Shown piece after piece: positions 49,867-58,332 of a stretch of DNA of 59,623 nt. A model generated the notes under the pieces. The model made no database searches, was not told the DNA's origin, and saw only the letters and a program-made list of their open reading frames with translations. Both the position numbers and the translations under genes were made by a program. The first letter of the stretch is position 1; every line of letters starts with the position of its first letter. Origin of the DNA: Burkholderiales bacterium (GTDB lineage: Bacteria > Pseudomonadota > Gammaproteobacteria > Burkholderiales > JAHFRG01). The stretch covers positions 1-59,623 of the forward strand of contig DASPRI010000209.1 of NCBI GenBank assembly GCA_035624535.1, written 5' to 3'.

Positions 49867-52074
49867 ATGAATGACGCCCTGCTTGACGAGCTTTGCACAG
49901 CCTGCGGCGTTGCCACGCAATACCGAGACGCCTGGGGAGCGACCTGTTCGGTGCCGATCGAGACCCGCATCGCGCTGCTTGAAGCGATGGGATTCAGTGC
50001 CAAATCGGATGAGGAAATGCGCAGCAGTCTTAGCGCGCGCGAAGAACAGCTCTGGTGCCAACCGTTGCCGCCGGTGCATGTTAGCCGTGCGGGCAACGAG
50101 CTTGCGCTGGCCATAGCCCTGCCTGAAGCCGATGCCCACTTGAACTTCGAGTGGACACTGGTGGAAGAAAGTGGCATTTCAGGTAGCGGGAGTTTTGTTC
50201 CTGCTGAATTGCCGGTCGAAGGAAAAAAAAATATTGCCGGCGGGGGCTTCATGCGTGTGATGCTCAAGCTGCCCCAGCTTCCCGCGCCCGGCTATCACAG
50301 TTTCAAACTTCGTGGCCCGGGGCAAGGATCGGTGCCGCGCGCGACCATGACCCTCATCATTGCGCCGCAGCTCTGTTATCTACCCGCTTCACTAAAGAGC
50401 AGCAGAGCCTGGGGCCTGACCGTGAATCTCTACGGAATTCGCTCGCGGCGCAACTGGGGCATCGGCGATTTCACCGATCTTCAAGCTCTGATAGAACTTG
50501 CGGCGCAATGTCGCGCGGCTTTCGTCGGCGTCAATCCGCTGCATGCCCTGTTCCCGCATGATCCGGATCATGCGAGCCCCTACAGTCCGTCGAGCCGCGC
50601 GCTACTAAACACTCTTTACATTGATCCCGAGCGAATACCGGATTTCAGCGCGAGTTTAAAAGCGCGCAAACTGCTGAAAAGCGCGAAATTTCAGAGCGAA
50701 CTGCGCGCGCTGCGCAACGCCGACTTGGTCGATTACCCGGGGGCGGCAAAGCTCAAGTTTGAATTAATGGAACTGCTTTTCGATCATTTCTGCGCGCATC
50801 ATCTCGGTTCGGGTAGCGAGCGGGAACAAGCCTTCCGCGCGTTTCAACGGGCGGGCGGTGATATGCTGCGGCTTGCTTCCTTATTTTTCGCGCTGCAGGA
50901 AGAGTTTCATGCGCGCGATGCAACTGTGTGGGGCTGGCGTACTTGGCCAAAGGAATACCGCGATCCAAAATCAAAGGCGGTTTCCGAATTCGCCCGAAGC
51001 AAGGCACGCCGGGTCGAATACTACGATTATTTGCAGTGGAACGCGGATTCCCAGCTTGCTGCACTGGGCAAACGCGCGCTGGAGCTGCAACTTGGAGTCG
51101 GTCTATACCAGGATTTGGCAATCGGGGCGGATGCCGGAGGCGCCGAGACATGGCCTGCGCAAACGCTGTACGCCGACCGGGTCACCGTCGGTGCCCCGCC
51201 TGACGAATTCAACCTCAAGGGACAAGACTGGAGCATGCCACCATTCGTCCCGGAACGCCTAAAGGAGGCAGGCTACCGCCCTTTCATCGAGTTGCTGCGG
51301 GCCAATATGCGCCACGCCGGGGCGCTGCGCATCGATCACGTGATGGGATTGATGCGGCTTTATTGGATTCCCGCCGATGAAACTGCGGATCGCGGCGGTT
51401 ACGTGTCGTATCCAGTCGACGACCTGTTGGGAATCGTTGCATTGGAAAGTGAACGTAACCACTGTATGGTGATCGGTGAAGACCTCGGCACCCTGCCGGA
51501 GGGGATGGTGGAACGGCTGCGAGCTTCCGGCATCCTGTCTTCTCGCCTTCTTTATTTCGAGCGCCAAATTGACGGCGCATTTTCTCCGCCCGCGCATTAT
51601 CCGCCGCATGCGCTTGCAGCTATCGGCACACATGATTTGCCGACGCTGCGCGCATTCTGGCTGGGCGAAGACCTAGATTTGCGCACGCGCCTCAATCTTT
51701 ATACAAGCGACCAGCAACGGCAAAAACAATTCATGCAGCGCGCCGAGGACCGGCCGCGTTTGCTGGCTGCGCTTGACCGCGAGAAACTGCTTCCACGCGG
51801 CATCACCATTAATTCCCGTTCGGCCCCGGACATGACGCCTGCTCTCGCCCTTGCCGTGCACCGATTTCTTTCGCGCACGCCGTGCATAGTGTTTGCCGTC
51901 CAGCCTGAGAACGTCTTTGGCGAGGTTGAACAGGTCAATGTTCCTTCCACCATCGGTTCGCAGTATCCCAATTGGCGACACCGCGGAACAGTTAATCTCG
52001 AACGCTGGGGCAAACACAGGCGCTTTGTCGCACTCGCCGCCGCGCTCAATGCGGAACGTGGTGGAGTTAAATAA
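49867..52074 (+). CDS. malQ: 4-alpha-glucanotransferase (amylomaltase) MalQ
   Basis: About 735 aa; WGIGDFTDL, SPYSPSSR, LRIDHVMGL and VIGEDLGT motifs. Confidence 0.92.
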   Translation: MNDALLDELCTACGVATQYRDAWGATCSVPIETRIALLEAMGFSAKSDEEMRSSLSAREEQLWCQPLPPVHVSRAGNELALAIALPEADAHLNFEWTLVEESGISGSGSFVPAELPVEGKKNIAGGGFMRVMLKLPQLPAPGYHSFKLRGPGQGSVPRATMTLIIAPQLCYLPASLKSSRAWGLTVNLYGIRSRRNWGIGDFTDLQALIELAAQCRAAFVGVNPLHALFPHDPDHASPYSPSSRALLNTLYIDPERIPDFSASLKARKLLKSAKFQSELRALRNADLVDYPGAAKLKFELMELLFDHFCAHHLGSGSEREQAFRAFQRAGGDMLRLASLFFALQEEFHARDATVWGWRTWPKEYRDPKSKAVSEFARSKARRVEYYDYLQWNADSQLAALGKRALELQLGVGLYQDLAIGADAGGAETWPAQTLYADRVTVGAPPDEFNLKGQDWSMPPFVPERLKEAGYRPFIELLRANMRHAGALRIDHVMGLMRLYWIPADETADRGGYVSYPVDDLLGIVALESERNHCMVIGEDLGTLPEGMVERLRASGILSSRLLYFERQIDGAFSPPAHYPPHALAAIGTHDLPTLRAFWLGEDLDLRTRLNLYTSDQQRQKQFMQRAEDRPRLLAALDREKLLPRGITINSRSAPDMTPALALAVHRFLSRTPCIVFAVQPENVFGEVEQVNVPSTIGSQYPNWRHRGTVNLERWGKHRRFVALAAALNAERGGVK

Positions 52075-52216
52075 GCGCAACGACCGTAGATCAGGCGAAT
52101 TCTTAAATCTGGATTCTGGACCGCCTAGCGAAACGCAAAACATATCTGCTCGAGGTTTGCGAGAATTGCAAGCTGGGCGGATTTTTCCCTCAGGCCGATG
52201 TAGCAATAAATTCCGG

Positions 52217-52246
52217 TTGCAGAAAAAAATGTTCACTGGTTATAAT
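52217..52246 (+). promoter_or_regulatory. Near-consensus sigma70 promoter upstream of the antiporter-ligase pair
   Basis: TTGCAG (52217-52222), an 18 nt spacer, then TATAAT (52241-52246). This implies a 5' leader of about 100 nt before the ATG at 52350. Confidence 0.5.
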
Positions 52247-52349
52247 CTGCCTGGATTCGAAATAACAACGTAGCAGTTCCTGCCTCGTGCGGGCGTGAAA
52301 CATCTGATAGCGCGCACCGCGTCCGTAGTTTTACTTTACTGGTCACATC

Positions 52350-53552
52350 ATGGCCGAACTCAACTTTCTGCCGACTCTGCCCCCCGCATTCACACCGCCC
52401 ATGCTGTTCGGGGCGCTTTTGCTGTTGGGATTGCTTGGCGGCGAAGCGGCGCGTTTATTCGCGCTGCCGCGCATCACCGGATACTTGCTGGTGGGAATGC
52501 TGTTCGGGCCGCGCGGTCTGGACCTATTGGGCGGCGAAGTCATCAAGCAAAGCCGGGTGTTTGTAGATATTTCCTTGGGATTGATATTGTTTGAACTCGG
52601 CCGCCGCCTTGATTACCAGTGGCTGCGTCGCAACCGATGGCTGCTGGCGACGGCAATTGCCGAAAGCGCGTTCGCATTTCTGGCGCTTTATTTCGGATTG
52701 CGCTATTTCGACTATCCGCGGCTACTTGCGGCACTTGCCGCCGCCATCGGGATTGCCACTTCTCCCGCAGTGGTTTTGCTCGTGGCGCATGAATTGCGCT
52801 CGGACGGACAACTCACCGAGCGCATGCTGCTGCTCACAGCGATCAACAGCGTATTCGCATTTTTCAGCGTGACCATGTTGCTGCCTTTCCTGCATTTCCA
52901 GCACCGGGCCGGATGGACTGAAACGCTGTTGCAGCCGCTGTATGTCATGGTGGGCTCCCTGCTAACCGGTTTGGTTGTGAGCTTGCTCGTGCTGCGTTTC
53001 GCGGCTTGGCTCGGCAAGCGCGAGGATCGCCAGTTCATCATGCTGGTTGGAATGATTGTGCTCACTGCCGGCTTGGCCCGTTCACTTAATCTTTCGGTGC
53101 TGGTCGCGCTGCTTACAGTCGGGATACTGGCGCGCAATCTCGATTTCGGCCACAAGCTGATGGAGGTGCAGTTCGGGCATGGCGGACAGCTGTTCTTTGT
53201 GATTCTGTTTGTGATGGCGGGCGTCAGCCTGCGCTTCGATTTGCTGCCACAGGCGAGCTATGTCGCCGGGATGTATATCGTGCTGCGTTTTCTTGGCAAG
53301 GCGCTGGCAATTCTGGTGTTTGGGCGTCTAAGCGGACTGCGCCCGGGTGCCGCGGGTCTCCTCGGCATCGCCTTGTTGCCGATGTCCGGGCTCGCCGTCG
53401 TCATGGTGCACGACATCTCGGGCTTATATCCTGAATTTGGTGCGAGGTTATCGGCGGTGGTGCTTTCGGCTGTGGCGCTACTCGAACTCATCGGGCCCCT
53501 GGCGACGCAGTTTGCGTTAAAGCAGGCGGGGGAGGCGGGCGAACGGCGATGA
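52350..53552 (+). CDS. Cation:proton antiporter, Kef-like membrane domain only (CPA2-like, no RCK/KTN domain)
   Basis: 400 aa with about 11-12 TM segments. The N-terminus LLLLGLLGGEAARLFALPRITGYLLVGMLFGPRGL is typical of the Na_H_Exchanger/KefB-type fold. Confidence 0.75.
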   Translation: MAELNFLPTLPPAFTPPMLFGALLLLGLLGGEAARLFALPRITGYLLVGMLFGPRGLDLLGGEVIKQSRVFVDISLGLILFELGRRLDYQWLRRNRWLLATAIAESAFAFLALYFGLRYFDYPRLLAALAAAIGIATSPAVVLLVAHELRSDGQLTERMLLLTAINSVFAFFSVTMLLPFLHFQHRAGWTETLLQPLYVMVGSLLTGLVVSLLVLRFAAWLGKREDRQFIMLVGMIVLTAGLARSLNLSVLVALLTVGILARNLDFGHKLMEVQFGHGGQLFFVILFVMAGVSLRFDLLPQASYVAGMYIVLRFLGKALAILVFGRLSGLRPGAAGLLGIALLPMSGLAVVMVHDISGLYPEFGARLSAVVLSAVALLELIGPLATQFALKQAGEAGERR

Positions 53553-54676
53553 TCCTGGAATTCAAACAATCGCCGGCATGTACCATCGGTGTTGAGCTCG
53601 AGTTGCAATTGCTCAAGTCCCATGACTGCAACTTGGCGCGCGACGCCGCTGATTTGCTGGCGCGCATGAAAAAGGTGCAGCATCCGGGTGAGGTCAAACC
53701 GGAGATAACCGAGAGCATGATCGAACTCAACTCCTCGATTCACAGGCGCTATACGGACCTTGCAGATGAACTGCGAACGATTCGCAATCTGGTTGTACAC
53801 GAGGCGGAACTGCTCAACCTGCGAGTCGCCGGCGGCGGCTCGCACCCGTTCCACCAGTGGAGCGAGCGCCGTATTTATCCCACCGAGCGTTTTAAGCATC
53901 TGGTACATCTCTATGGTTATCTCGCCAAGCAATTTACCGTGTTCGGACAGCACATCCATATTGGCTGCGAGAGCGGTGACGATGCGATTTACGTGATCCA
54001 TATGCTGTCGCGGCATGTTCCGCATTTCATTGCATTGTCGGCATCGTCGCCGTTTTATCAGGGCGAAGATACCGGTTTCGCATCTTCACGGCTGAATGCC
54101 ATCAGCGCTTTTCCGTTAACCGGCACCATGCCGTTTATCGAGAGTTGGGATGAATTCAACGCCTATTTCGAGCGCATGCACCGCTTCAAGATTGTCGAGA
54201 GCATGAAGGATTTTTACTGGGACATTCGCCCCAAGCCTGAGTATGGCACGGTGGAAATCCGCGTTTGCGATACGCCGCTCACAGTGGATAAAGCGGCGCT
54301 GCTTGCTGCTTTCGCGCAGGCGCTGGCACATTATTACTTGAATGAACGATCGCAAAACCCGACCCCCGCCCTTTATCTGGTTTACAACTACAATCGTTTC
54401 CAGGCCTGCCGCTTTGGCTTTGGGGCCGAATTCATCAATCCGTACGACGAAAGCCATTGCGCTTTGCGCGACGATCTGATCGCGACGCTCAAGCGAATTA
54501 TGCCGCATGCTCGGGCGCTGGACAGCGCCACGGCGCTATCGCATTTAATTGACGACGCCGTGGCCGGCCGCGATGATTCAAGCTGGTTGCGCGAGCAACT
54601 CAAAAAATCTGGTTCGCTCAACGACGTGGCGCGCTTGCAGAGCAACCTGTGGATGGGTAAGACGGAACGGGTATAA
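53549..54676 (+). CDS. ybdK: Carboxylate-amine ligase, GCS2 family (YbdK-like weak glutamate-cysteine ligase)
   Basis: TIGVELELQLL, EITESMIELNS, HIHIG and WDIRP....GTVEIRVCD follow the YbdK/GCS2 pattern. ATGA overlap with the antiporter stop. Confidence 0.85.
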   Translation: MILEFKQSPACTIGVELELQLLKSHDCNLARDAADLLARMKKVQHPGEVKPEITESMIELNSSIHRRYTDLADELRTIRNLVVHEAELLNLRVAGGGSHPFHQWSERRIYPTERFKHLVHLYGYLAKQFTVFGQHIHIGCESGDDAIYVIHMLSRHVPHFIALSASSPFYQGEDTGFASSRLNAISAFPLTGTMPFIESWDEFNAYFERMHRFKIVESMKDFYWDIRPKPEYGTVEIRVCDTPLTVDKAALLAAFAQALAHYYLNERSQNPTPALYLVYNYNRFQACRFGFGAEFINPYDESHCALRDDLIATLKRIMPHARALDSATALSHLIDDAVAGRDDSSWLREQLKKSGSLNDVARLQSNLWMGKTERV

Positions 54677-54720
54677 TGTGCGACCCCGCGCTTCCCACGC
54701 GCACGCATTCCGCCGGTGCG

Positions 54721-56115
54721 TTACTCTTTCACAAGCAAGCCAAGCTTGCTCGCAAACCATTTAGTGGTGGTTACCTGGATGAGGATGGTCATGAGGATGG
54801 CGATGAAAGTTATTGAACCGATGATACGAGCCCCGGGCGCCTGCATGCCCACGAGCACACCGGCTAGCGCGCCTGGAATAACGCCGGTCTCCCGCGTCCA
54901 GCACATGAACAGCATTTCGTTAAAGGTCCATTTGGCACGACGGTCGGGAAGGGCACACAAAAATACGGTAAGCGGCCTGGCAACCAACATGAATACGGTA
55001 ACCACCGCTATTCCACCCACCAAATGCTCGTTCAAGAGACTGAAGTCGACCTGCGCGCCCAGCAGCATGAAGATGAATATTCGCATGACCAGCGCAGTGG
55101 TCATTACAAATTCTTCCAGATTTTTCTGTTCGTCCGGCTGCACTTTGAAGCCGAAGGATTCCTTGTTTCCAAAAACCAGGCCAAGCACGAACACCGCCAT
55201 AAATCCGCTGGCATGGAGATAATCGGCGGTGAGATAGGCGCCAATGACCGCCACGAGACTTACTATGGGTCCGTACTCGGATAGAAAATCGAATTTCTCG
55301 TGGGAGATCAACAGGGCCGCAAGATAGCCAAAAATAGCGCCCACCAGCACTCCGAAAAAGCATTCCTTGAACAGATTAACGAGAGAAGCCTGGACTGAAA
55401 ATTCACTCGTTCCCATCGCAACACCCAGTACTGCAAACGTTGCTATCGCGCCCACTGCATCGTTGAATGCTGATTCGCTAATTACCGTTGCCGCTACGCG
55501 CTGCTTAATCTTAATTTGCCGGAACACTGGAACCAGTGTGGCAGGATCTGTAGAAGCAATCGTCGCGCCCAGGAGCAGGGCTACCATAAAAGGAATTCCC
55601 AGAACGTAATAGGCAGCCAAGCTGGTAATTGCGCCGGTAATCAGCACGCCAAAGGTGGCGATGACCACAATGGTGATCCAAACTTCTTTGAGAACACTGA
55701 ATCGAAGCGATGCCCCGCCGTCGAACAAAATGTAGCACGCCCCAAAGATGAGAACGAATTGGTTGAGTGCCGTCTCAACCTTAACGGTCAGAATTCCAGC
55801 CAGTTCGGGTCCTAAAAGCATCCCGACAAGCAGGGACACGACCACATCGGGAACTTTGAGTTTTTTCGCGAGCAGGCCGGAAAACGTTCCTGCGGCGAGA
55901 ATGATTGCGATGGAAAGCAATACGTGCTTTGCCAATGCAATAGCGGCGGATGGTTCCAGTTTTTTGTCTCCTACCGAATTGTACCCCGGGGTTGCGTGGT
56001 CGTGGATTTTATGCGCAAGCGGAGCGCACGCGCAAGGTCTAGAGCGATTCCCCGGACCCGTGAAAGAGTGGAGATAAATTGAGGATATTGGTGTCCATAA
56101 GGCCGAACGTGGCAT
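54721..56115 (-). CDS. Na+(K+)/H+ antiporter, NhaP/CPA1-type
   Basis: About 12 TM segments, with ATDPATLVPVF and SESAFNDAVGIA-like motifs. The true start is uncertain: the first roughly 45 codons of the ORF look non-membrane, and there is no in-frame ATG before the first TM. Confidence 0.8.
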   Translation of the reverse strand: MPRSALWTPISSIYLHSFTGPGNRSRPCACAPLAHKIHDHATPGYNSVGDKKLEPSAAIALAKHVLLSIAIILAAGTFSGLLAKKLKVPDVVVSLLVGMLLGPELAGILTVKVETALNQFVLIFGACYILFDGGASLRFSVLKEVWITIVVIATFGVLITGAITSLAAYYVLGIPFMVALLLGATIASTDPATLVPVFRQIKIKQRVAATVISESAFNDAVGAIATFAVLGVAMGTSEFSVQASLVNLFKECFFGVLVGAIFGYLAALLISHEKFDFLSEYGPIVSLVAVIGAYLTADYLHASGFMAVFVLGLVFGNKESFGFKVQPDEQKNLEEFVMTTALVMRIFIFMLLGAQVDFSLLNEHLVGGIAVVTVFMLVARPLTVFLCALPDRRAKWTFNEMLFMCWTRETGVIPGALAGVLVGMQAPGARIIGSITFIAILMTILIQVTTTKWFASKLGLLVKE

Positions 56116-56208
56116 TTCACTGTCCCGGCCGATCCCGATATCCGGGTCTGAGACCGGGAGCTGTTTATCTAGAGTTACATTGCCTGGCGGGAATTACATT
56201 CAATCCAG

Positions 56209-56230
56209 ATTGTGCGATGCCGTGCACAAT
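56209..56230. promoter_or_regulatory. Inverted repeat ATTGTGC-N8-GCACAAT upstream of the TRAP operon; candidate operator
   Basis: Read directly. It lies about 170 nt upstream of the dctP ATG, in the 282 bp divergent intergenic region. Confidence 0.3.
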
Positions 56231-56397
56231 TGATTTTGCGCCCTGCAAGGTATAGCATAAAATCATTGGCTCAATGCATCGGGGGAAGTCTTTTTTAGTA
56301 GAATAATCGTCACCCTCTGAAGAGCCAACGAAAAATAAAAGCAGGCGGGTTTCCCGATCTTGAACACAATGCAATCTGTCCATTAAGGAGGACTTTC

Positions 56398-57540
56398 ATG
56401 AAGAAAAAGCAAATTACTGCCACAGCAGCAAAGATTGACCCCGCGGCATCGCGTCGCAAATTCCTCAAAGGCGTGGCAGCGACCGCCGGTACTGCGGCCA
56501 TCGGCTTTCCGATGATCGCTAAAGGACAGGCCAGCCCCATCGTTTGGCGCTGGCAGAGCACCTGGCCGACCAAAGATATCTTCCATGAGTACGCGCTCGA
56601 CTACGCCAAGAAAGTGAACGACATGACCGGAGGCGAGCTCAGGATCGAGGTGCTGCCCGCTGGCGCGGTGGTAAAAGCGTTTGATTTGGTCGATGCGGTC
56701 TCGAAAGGGACCCTCGACGGCGGCCATGGGGTTCTGGTGTACTGGTACGGCAAAAATCCTGCGCTGGCGTTGTGGGGATCTGGGCCGGCATTCGGGATGG
56801 ACGCCAACATGCTGCTCGCCTGGCACAAATACGGCGGCGGCAAGGAGATCCTCGCGGACATTTACAAGAGCTTGAATCTCGACGTGGTATCCTTCCCCTA
56901 CGGCCCGATGCCGACCGAGCCGCTTGGCTGGTACAAGAAACCAGTTACCAGTGCAGCAAGCTTCCAGGGCCTGAAGTTCCGCACCGTGGGCCTCGGCATC
57001 GAGTTGTTCAGCGGCATGGGAGCGTCGGTGACCGCTCTCGCCGGGGCAGACATCGTGCCGGCAATGGACCGCGGCCTCATCGACGCGGCGGAGTTCAACA
57101 ATCCGTCCTCGGACAAGGCGCTGGGTTTCCCCGACGTATCCAAGGTGTACATGATGAAAAGCTTTCATCAGTCAGCCGAGACGCTCGAGATCCTGTTCAA
57201 CAAGAAAAAATACGACTCGGTTTCTCCAAAACTGCAGGCGATACTCTCATATGCCGTCGAAGCCGCCTCCGCCGACATGTCCTGGAAAGCGATCGACCGC
57301 TACTCACAGGACTACATCGAGATCCAGGTGAAGGATAAGGTTCGGGTCTATAGGACGCCCGATTTGGTGCTGCAGGAGCAGCTCACCGTTTGGGATAATG
57401 TAACAGCGAAGAAATCTGCGGAGAATCCCTGGTTCAAAAAGGTGCTGGATTCGCAGAAAGCATTTGCAAAGCGCGCCACCAAATGGCAAAACGACCAGCA
57501 AGTCGATTTCAAAATGGCGGCAGATCACTATTTCGCGTAG
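56398..57540 (+). CDS. TRAP transporter substrate-binding protein (DctP family) with a Tat signal
   Basis: Strong RBS AAGGAGG; twin-arginine signal SRRKFLKGVAATAGTAAIGFPMIAKG; 380 aa periplasmic-binding fold. Confidence 0.88.
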   Translation: MKKKQITATAAKIDPAASRRKFLKGVAATAGTAAIGFPMIAKGQASPIVWRWQSTWPTKDIFHEYALDYAKKVNDMTGGELRIEVLPAGAVVKAFDLVDAVSKGTLDGGHGVLVYWYGKNPALALWGSGPAFGMDANMLLAWHKYGGGKEILADIYKSLNLDVVSFPYGPMPTEPLGWYKKPVTSAASFQGLKFRTVGLGIELFSGMGASVTALAGADIVPAMDRGLIDAAEFNNPSSDKALGFPDVSKVYMMKSFHQSAETLEILFNKKKYDSVSPKLQAILSYAVEAASADMSWKAIDRYSQDYIEIQVKDKVRVYRTPDLVLQEQLTVWDNVTAKKSAENPWFKKVLDSQKAFAKRATKWQNDQQVDFKMAADHYFA

Positions 57541-57579
57541 AGCATAGACGAAAGTCCAACGACATTCTGGTTTGTCATG

Positions 57580-57616
57580 CGCCATCCTGCGATTGTCCGC
57601 GGGGTGGTGTTTTTTT
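57580..57616 (+). terminator. Candidate intrinsic terminator/attenuator between dctP and dctQ
   Basis: CGCCATCC (57580-57587) pairs with GGGGTGGTG (57602-57609) including G-U pairs, followed by T7 at 57610-57616. Confidence 0.45.
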
Positions 57617-57663
57617 AGTGATATAGTTGCCGCGTTCGGCGCGGTTGTTGCAGAGGGAGTTCT

Positions 57664-58332
57664 ATGCAGGTTCAACGCGTTCTGTTGACTATTGATAGGA
57701 TCAGCTATTGGTCCGGCAAGGCGTTTGCCTGGCTGATCCTGGCGCTGACCGGAGCGGTATGCGTGGAAGTGTTCAAGCGCTACATCCTGAATGCACCGAC
57801 GGCCTGGATGTTCGACGCCGACAGCATGATGTACGGCACCCTGTTCATGATGTGCGGCGCGTATACCTTGGCGCAGGACGCCCACGTGCGTGGCGATTTC
57901 CTGTACAGCTCAATGAAGCCGCGCATGCAGGCGGGGCTCGACCTGACGCTTTACTTCATTTTTTTCCTTCCGGGAATGTGGGGACTGATCTACGCTGGCT
58001 GGGATTTCGCGCATGCGTCCTGGGTAATTCGCGAGCACGTTAACGATACTGCAAACGGTCCGCCGGTCTATCAGTTCAAGACCGTAATTCCGATTGCCGG
58101 CACGCTAGTCCTGTTGCAAGGGGTCGCCGAGATAATGCGCTGCGTGATTTGCCTCAAGACCGGACAGTGGCCCGAACGGCTCAAAGATGTCGAGGAAATC
58201 GACGTGGTCGAAGAGCAACTTGCAGATAGCGAATACGTGGACGAGGAATCGCGCAAGCGCGCAATCGAAAGCGTGCACGAGATCGACGAGGCCGCTCACC
58301 AGCGCGCCACCACTCGAGGAGCCGAGCGATGA
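57664..58332 (+). CDS. TRAP transporter small permease (DctQ family) with an acidic C-terminal tail
   Basis: 4 TM segments (WLILALTGAVCVEVF...), then an Asp/Glu-rich tail of about 55 aa. Confidence 0.82.
   Translation: MQVQRVLLTIDRISYWSGKAFAWLILALTGAVCVEVFKRYILNAPTAWMFDADSMMYGTLFMMCGAYTLAQDAHVRGDFLYSSMKPRMQAGLDLTLYFIFFLPGMWGLIYAGWDFAHASWVIREHVNDTANGPPVYQFKTVIPIAGTLVLLQGVAEIMRCVICLKTGQWPERLKDVEEIDVVEEQLADSEYVDEESRKRAIESVHEIDEAAHQRATTRGAER

Noticed and set aside
56383-57168. 261 aa minus-strand ORF overlapping dctP, and the similar shadow ORFs at 21143-21781 (antisense to fch), 3390-4067 and 4221-4838 (antisense to rplV/rpsC)
   Set aside because: The opposite strands encode unambiguous conserved proteins, so these are shadow ORFs.
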